Source: Lingula anatina (lineage: Eukaryota; Animalia; Brachiopoda). Taken from it: a DNA stretch of 64,000 nt. The notes beneath the pieces were generated by a model, which saw only the letters and a program-made list of their open reading frames with translations, had not been told where the DNA came from and made no database searches. The number at the start of each line of letters is the position of its first letter. Position 1 is the first letter of the stretch. Of the stretch, positions 58,601 to 64,000 are shown in pieces. Made by a program: the position numbers and the translations under genes. The stretch is taken from NCBI GenBank assembly GCA_051362555.1, contig CM120641.1, positions 15,810,001-15,874,000 on the forward strand, in the 5' to 3' direction.

Positions 58601-61600
58601 CTCATTGTAGATAGTATGGGTCAGCAGGGTCTTTAGGTTATCTGGATGCTGACCAAGAAGCTCTCTAGAATTGGGAAATTACAAGGTTTCAAACTCAATA
58701 TTTTCACCGTTTGCCAATTTCGATATCAATTTTTTTATTTTTATTTGAAAAATGCTAGGATGCAATATAATAATGCATGACGGAAAAATGCACTAGCAAT
58801 TATGCACTTGAGTGAATAATGTTTAAAAAAAACAATGTTTGCTTTTTACTTTTTATTTTTTCCAACTTAATTATTCCCACAAGACTTACTTTATACACAG
58901 CAAGTAATGGTTCACCACTGGTTTCATCTTCAATCTAATCTTGCACAGGTTCCCCATGACTTCCACATCATGGTGATTGTGTTCACTGCAGTTGGCACAT
59001 ACAGACATCAGCAGATCCTGGGCTGTACGGCTCAACTAATGGATAAAGAAATGGTACAAGGTAAACTATGTATGTCTGTGCATAAGTGCATGTGTGTGTA
59101 TGCATGTACGTGTGTCTGCTGATCAAACGTTCAGGTTTTCCACATCATGGTGAAAGTGTGCACTACAGTAAGCTGCATGCCCCAACTATTCAAAAATATT
59201 GGAAAATCCACTTTCATGATCAGATTAACAATGGCTTACTCAGGTCACTTAAAATGATTATTTTCAGTTCAATCTTGTTGCAGGCACCATGTTTTGTGAA
59301 ATCACGCTGTTCTTCAGTTTATTTTCAAACATGCAGTACTTTTTACAAAACGGTATTTGCCACATACTTTAGGGTTTTGTAGCCACATCTCCAGTCTCTG
59401 GGAAGCCAGAACTCTGACCTCGCTGTAACCACAAGTGGCTGTCATCAACTTCAGCAGTTGTTTGGATATGGTGTCCATTCCCTGCCTCCTTGTTAACTGA
59501 TCTCTTAACACCTCCAGCACATAGCTCTCTATACTCTCATGCTGGTACATGTATCTGTTAAAATAAAGGACAGGTGTGAAGATACTTTGAGGTGATTTCT
59601 GTATTTGAGGTTTGTCTTGGGTTTTTAGTGTGAAGAGTAATATATTTCACTTTAAAATCATAAATCACAAGTCATTTCAACTAAAAAATATCACCTGTCT
59701 CACCTTAAAATGTTTTGCACACATCACAAATATAGGAAAAGAAAAACTTTCAATTTTTACTATTCTGCTTCGGTAAGGCAACAAGAATTAAGCTCCAAAC
59801 TATACCTGGGATACATGGGAACATCTTGTGCGGCATCAGCAGCCAGTGAAGAGCCTGGTCTGCTACCAGAGTCTGACTGCCCCTGGCTGTCTTCATCAAG
59901 TACAACTGGGCTAGAAACTGAAACACAGCAAAATTAAATCTCTGTGAAAGATCAATAAAATGTCAAAAATGGTTAAAATAATATCTGTCAGTTGAAAAGG
60001 TTATATTATCATATGAGGTATGTTATCTTTGTTGTAGTGAGTAATAAGCTGAAAGTTTTAGTACCTGTTGGGAGGTCAGGTTTATCCAGTGCTGCAGTAA
60101 TGGCTCTTGTTGGTTTTCTTGTGTTGAATGCTGACTGTATATTCTCCACAAAACCTCTGCAATCTTCTCTGTCAACCCAGATGCGCTCACCTATAGAGTC
60201 TTCAATGAACACCTGCATTGGATACAATTCACAAATATCTTAAATTGCAATAAATGCAATATACCAAATAATGAATACACATTCACTAAAAGTTTTTTTT
60301 TCTTCAGTACTTCTGTGTTCCATTTTGCAATTTCAATTTGCCCATACAAATATAGTCTATAAATTGCAGGCAGTTGTTTTTGAGGGAGAAAGACATATCA
60401 GGTATGACTGTTCATTAGAGAATTTCATTAACGAATCTGAATCTCTTCAGCATATAACCAACCTTGAGAAAGGCATCAGGCCAGTTCTCTTCATCTTGGA
60501 ATGCAGCCATGAGTACATTGCAAGCCAACACAGAGACCAGTGCATTCCCTTTAGCTTTGAAATTAATGGATACATCCCTCTTTAAGATGCTGCAAAAAGC
60601 CTACAATGCAAAATGCTGAAATGACTGCTTTTACCTCTTAAATCAAGGTACCACAGAAATTTTAGTCCATACTGAATGAGTCAGCACCTATATATTAAAA
60701 CACCTCTGAAATAATAACAATCAGCTTTCCTTCAGAAAACTAATCAAAGAATGCACAAATGTATTGCTATTCAATATCCATTTCAGTTGGAAAGGTGTAT
60801 TTTAAACTGGATAAGAATGATAAAATACCATTGTCTTGTGTCTCACTTACATCCATGACCACCTCACTCCCAAACAAAGAGGCTCTACTCTTGGACAGAT
60901 ACATTAGGCTGAGGTACAAGGGAGGAGCAGGCTTGGCTCTATTAGCTTTCAAGTGCTTCACAGCACCACATATCAAACCCTCAAGCCTTTCATCACTCTC
61001 CATCTCTTCTGCCTCTAGAATGCTGTCCAGAAAGTCTGACGGGTCACCTAGGAAAGTGCACGTGCAAAAGAGTAAATCAGTTTTGAGCATAAGAGTATTA
61101 TTCTGAAGTATATTTAAGTTTTGTTAATAAGAACATAGCTTTATATAAGGTGAATTAAGCACTCAAAATAGCACAGCTCCATCAGATAGAGCTCAGTAGG
61201 ACTCCTAAACAGGAAGCCATAAAAGCTCAAAAAGGTCAGGTGAGCTAGAGTACAAGTATATAAGAATAACAATATATTTGTTTACATTATAGGGCAACCC
61301 ATAATTCAGATATCAAAAATCTGCCTAAAAATTTATTAACACATGAGATGACTGTTCCATAAGATATCAATATGAAAGGTACTCACTGTCAATGGCTATC
61401 TCTTCATACAATACAGTCTGTCTGGCAGGAGAGCCTTTCCCTTCTAACCCTCTGCCCAGGGGCATGGGTGCAGTGCTGAGTTTAGGCTTCTTGGAAAGTA
61501 AACTGGACCCCAGTCCTCCGGGTACATCACGTTTGGTGGGTGGAAGTAATTTCTTTGGCTGAGTGGCTTGAAAGATATTGGGATCTGATCCAGTTTTTCC

Positions 61601-62315
61601 TTTAGCCCCTACAAGGCAAAGTTGAGAAATATTGATCAATGGAATGCTTTCATATTAATTATATTTTTAAAGATTGTTGCTAAAAATCACTATGTTATAA
61701 CTATATACAACTACTTAATAATTTCTTGAAAATTTGATGTACAGTGATACAAGTGAATTTTACTATTCTAAACATATTTAGGTCCCATTAAGTTTTGAGC
61801 TTAAATTTAAAGTATTCAAATAACAATGTTCAGAAACATTGTCACCATGACATACCCAGTGCTATCACATCCATTGGTGGGGCATGGCCTGAAATAGCAA
61901 ATGATGACTATTCAAGTAAATCTTGTTATTGACACTGAGAGGTATCATTTTTCATTTTTAAAATTGTACTTTATACAATATAATGAATCTACTTTTTACT
62001 GATCCAATATGCTTTGTTACACCTAACTGTACTTCACAGCAGTAGTGCATTTTCATTTTAATATTTGCAATTCGAAACACCAAGATATGTTATTACGTAT
62101 AAAAATTAATAAGCGAACTAAAGTATTTACTCTGACTGAAGTTTCACTGACTTATGCTTGTTACTAGTTGTAAAGCCTAAAGGTTTAGGTGTAAAAACAC
62201 GAGATTATCTGCGATTGCAAATGTAAATGAATGCTTTTAATCATATCAAGTATCCTCTATGTTGTATACCTTTGCCTTTTGGTGGGCGCTTTACACCTGG
62301 CTTCAAGCGATCCAT
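39533..62315 (-). CDS. INTS1: Integrator complex subunit 1 (many exons; not all boundaries resolved)
   Basis: First exons 62270-62315 and 61856-61888 give MDRLKPGVKRPPKGK-GHAPPMDVIALG (cf. human MNRAKP...GHPPPGDFIALG). Internal motifs LICGAVKHLK, FIEDSIGERIWVDREDCRGFVENIQSAF, QRLEMWLQNPK, LCRSRSPDFLLDIIQRQ, LPVQCLCEFLL, LLFVQSFGIP, PYLLALLTHQSNWTTLHRCI, RQLPMIASILKGR. Last exon 39533-39651 ends ISETLQMLNLESMTV*. Confidence 0.92.
40932..41007. repeat. 38-bp tandem duplication in an INTS1 intron
   Basis: GGAGAGAAGACACTGCC(A/G)TCTCAATTAAGAAAAGGGAA twice. Confidence 0.9.
52626..55813 (-). mobile_element. Helentron-like non-autonomous element (~3.2 kb) in an INTS1 intron, carrying a satellite array
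   Basis: On the minus strand: 5' sub-TIR TTGTACCACCAGC with adjacent inverted copy, GC-rich (CCGG/TCCG) microsatellite-like tract, 3' sub-TIR GCTGGTGGTACAA, hairpin GAGGCG-GTAT-CGCCTC, terminal CTAG followed by T-rich sequence. Confidence 0.8.
52832..54838. repeat. Tandem array, ~14 copies of a 146-bp unit
   Basis: GTAGGTCAAAGGTCA anchor (or a variant) recurs at 52832, 52976, 53122, 53268, 53414, 53559, 53705, 53851, 53997, 54143, 54289, 54435, 54581, 54727. Confidence 0.95.
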
Positions 62316-62365
62316 TCTAAGCGTTTTATGATTTAACTAGTTGGCATTTAAGTTGCAGGCGGGTC

Positions 62366-62437
62366 CTACGAAAATACGAAAACCGCGAAAACCGCGAAAA
62401 CAAGAAGTTGCTAGGCGAAAACCTCGCTATAACTTAC
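62366..62437 (-). other. Probable 72-nt 5'-UTR intron of INTS1
   Basis: Minus strand G|GTAAGT donor and TTTTCGTAG| acceptor, 50 nt upstream of the ATG. Confidence 0.55.
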
Positions 62438-62630
62438 CAATTCTCGATGTTCTTGACAAGTTGCTGTAATATTTGGATAACTTGGACCATATTACATACA
62501 TCATGACCTTTGATAACGATGTTGTAATGAATTGAGTATGTAACCAGCTGAGTTTTCTAGATCGGCAACTATATAGTGCGTGGGAGCCATGTTTGGTTTA
62601 CAATTGGCATATATAAACAGCAGTGTCCCC

Positions 62631-62711
62631 TCAGGCCAGTATTGCCATATCAGGCCAGTATTGCCCTCTCAGGTTAGTAATGCTTTTCCAGGCAAGTAAT
62701 ACTCTCTCAAG
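62631..62711. repeat. Degenerate ~19-20-bp tandem repeat (about 4 copies) upstream of INTS1
   Basis: TCAGGCCAGTATTGCC repeated with decay. Confidence 0.65.
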
Positions 62712-64000
62712 TACTATATGAAGTTGATAACACAGATTACCTGCATTCTTAGTAATACAAAGTTATTAATAAATAGGAATTAATAAATATGCACAAAGTA
62801 GAACTTTTGTTTTTCATTCCAACCAGAAGTGAAACTACACATCAATGCTTGTAAAAAGTGCCCATTTTAATACACCATACATGTAGAGTCTATATTGTAT
62901 GAGCTGTGAACCTGCATAGAATTTACACTCCTACTTTTCCAAATATAAAATGAGTAGCATTGTTTAATAAAGTGACCAGCATAGAGCAATTTATAAAGCA
63001 TTATGAAAATGTAGGTTCTAATTAACATAATTGATAATATTCAATATATATAATAATGGTGAAGACAATTAAATTATTTTTATTAAAACATTTTTTCCTC
63101 TGAACTTGATCCATGGCCGCTGATTTTGTTATTAAATCACATTTTATCTTACTCTTTTTGAAAAGATATTCATTGCACAGCTATTTGTTACACTAATTGT
63201 TTTTCACTTAATAAACCAAATCCATTTCTAAAGCATCAATCAATTTATAGATTGTATATATGTGCATCCTAAGGTGTCTAATACACATTTTACCTTCAAA
63301 TCAATGTGTTTAATTGTTTTTACATTTGGGTTCTGTGTATGTGCCAGTATACAGAGATAAGCTCTTTTAACTCTGAAAAAATGTCAACAGTCAGTTAATC
63401 ATGCATATATATATTATACGCACAATAATGGAGAAAAAAAAAAGGAAAAAGGAACACACATTAAACACATGTACTGGTACTCTGATTTGCAGGAGGCATT
63501 TTCTCTTGAAAGGAGATATAACAGATTACAACTGCATGATGTTATGTGATTGACATAAAAAATAGTTTACTCCTAGAGTTTTAGGCAGTGCACATCTAAT
63601 TTCGTAATTGATATGATATGATTATCTTTCAATTCCAAATCTATTTCATCATTTCTGTGTCTATGCTGTGTTTAAACACTTCAACTTTTTGTATGGTAAG
63701 TTTTTTATCAGTTTGAAGCACCCTGCATGTGTTTTGTTGAAGATTGCCAAAAAGCAGATGAAGTTATGTATATCATGATAGTCCATAACATGTTATCACC
63801 CTGATATTTTCCACTATTTGCTGAATATTGGCATGCTGTAATATCAAGGGACTGTTGACAGTTCTTATTTGCCAGGAAGTTGATCAATAGTAAATAATAG
63901 TGTGTGCTTGTATATTTCATTTGCCATATATTTAAAGCATGTAATATACCAAACTTGGGCCAGTTTTGGGCCTTGCTTTTTCTTGGGCTTGCATTCTGCT

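Noticed and set aside
63550-64000. Possible gene or retroelement fragment at the right end
   Set aside because: Stops in all frames examined, no recognisable motif or splice structure.

Overview
AT-rich, intron-rich animal DNA. The repeat families suggest a mollusc or other lophotrochozoan (inference). Three spliced genes are present. (1) The 3' half of an ABCC1/MRP1-type transporter on + (619-18145). (2) A complete tail-to-tail ABCC1 paralog on - (ATG 36375 to stop 21634; 32 coding exons, about 1576 aa by my manual assembly). (3) Integrator subunit INTS1 on - (62315 to 39533). The main observation is in gene 1: five tandem, divergent, same-phase copies (311/314 bp) of the exon encoding TM13-CL6-TM14-TM15, which can only be used one at a time (mutually exclusive exons). 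The cluster has a candidate docking-site/selector RNA pairing (perfect 16 bp, about 22 bp with G-U, 3550-3565 with 11034-11049), long intronic stems and many UGCAUG motifs. The neighbouring paralog keeps a single copy of this exon (closest to variant C), has replaced most residues aligned to the MRP1 glutathione pocket, and shows patchy near-identity to gene 1 in NBD2 exons, suggesting gene conversion. Introns carry MITEs with TIRs/TSDs and Helentron-like non-autonomous elements, one with a 146-bp tandem array. Coordinates were read by hand and may be off by a few bases.
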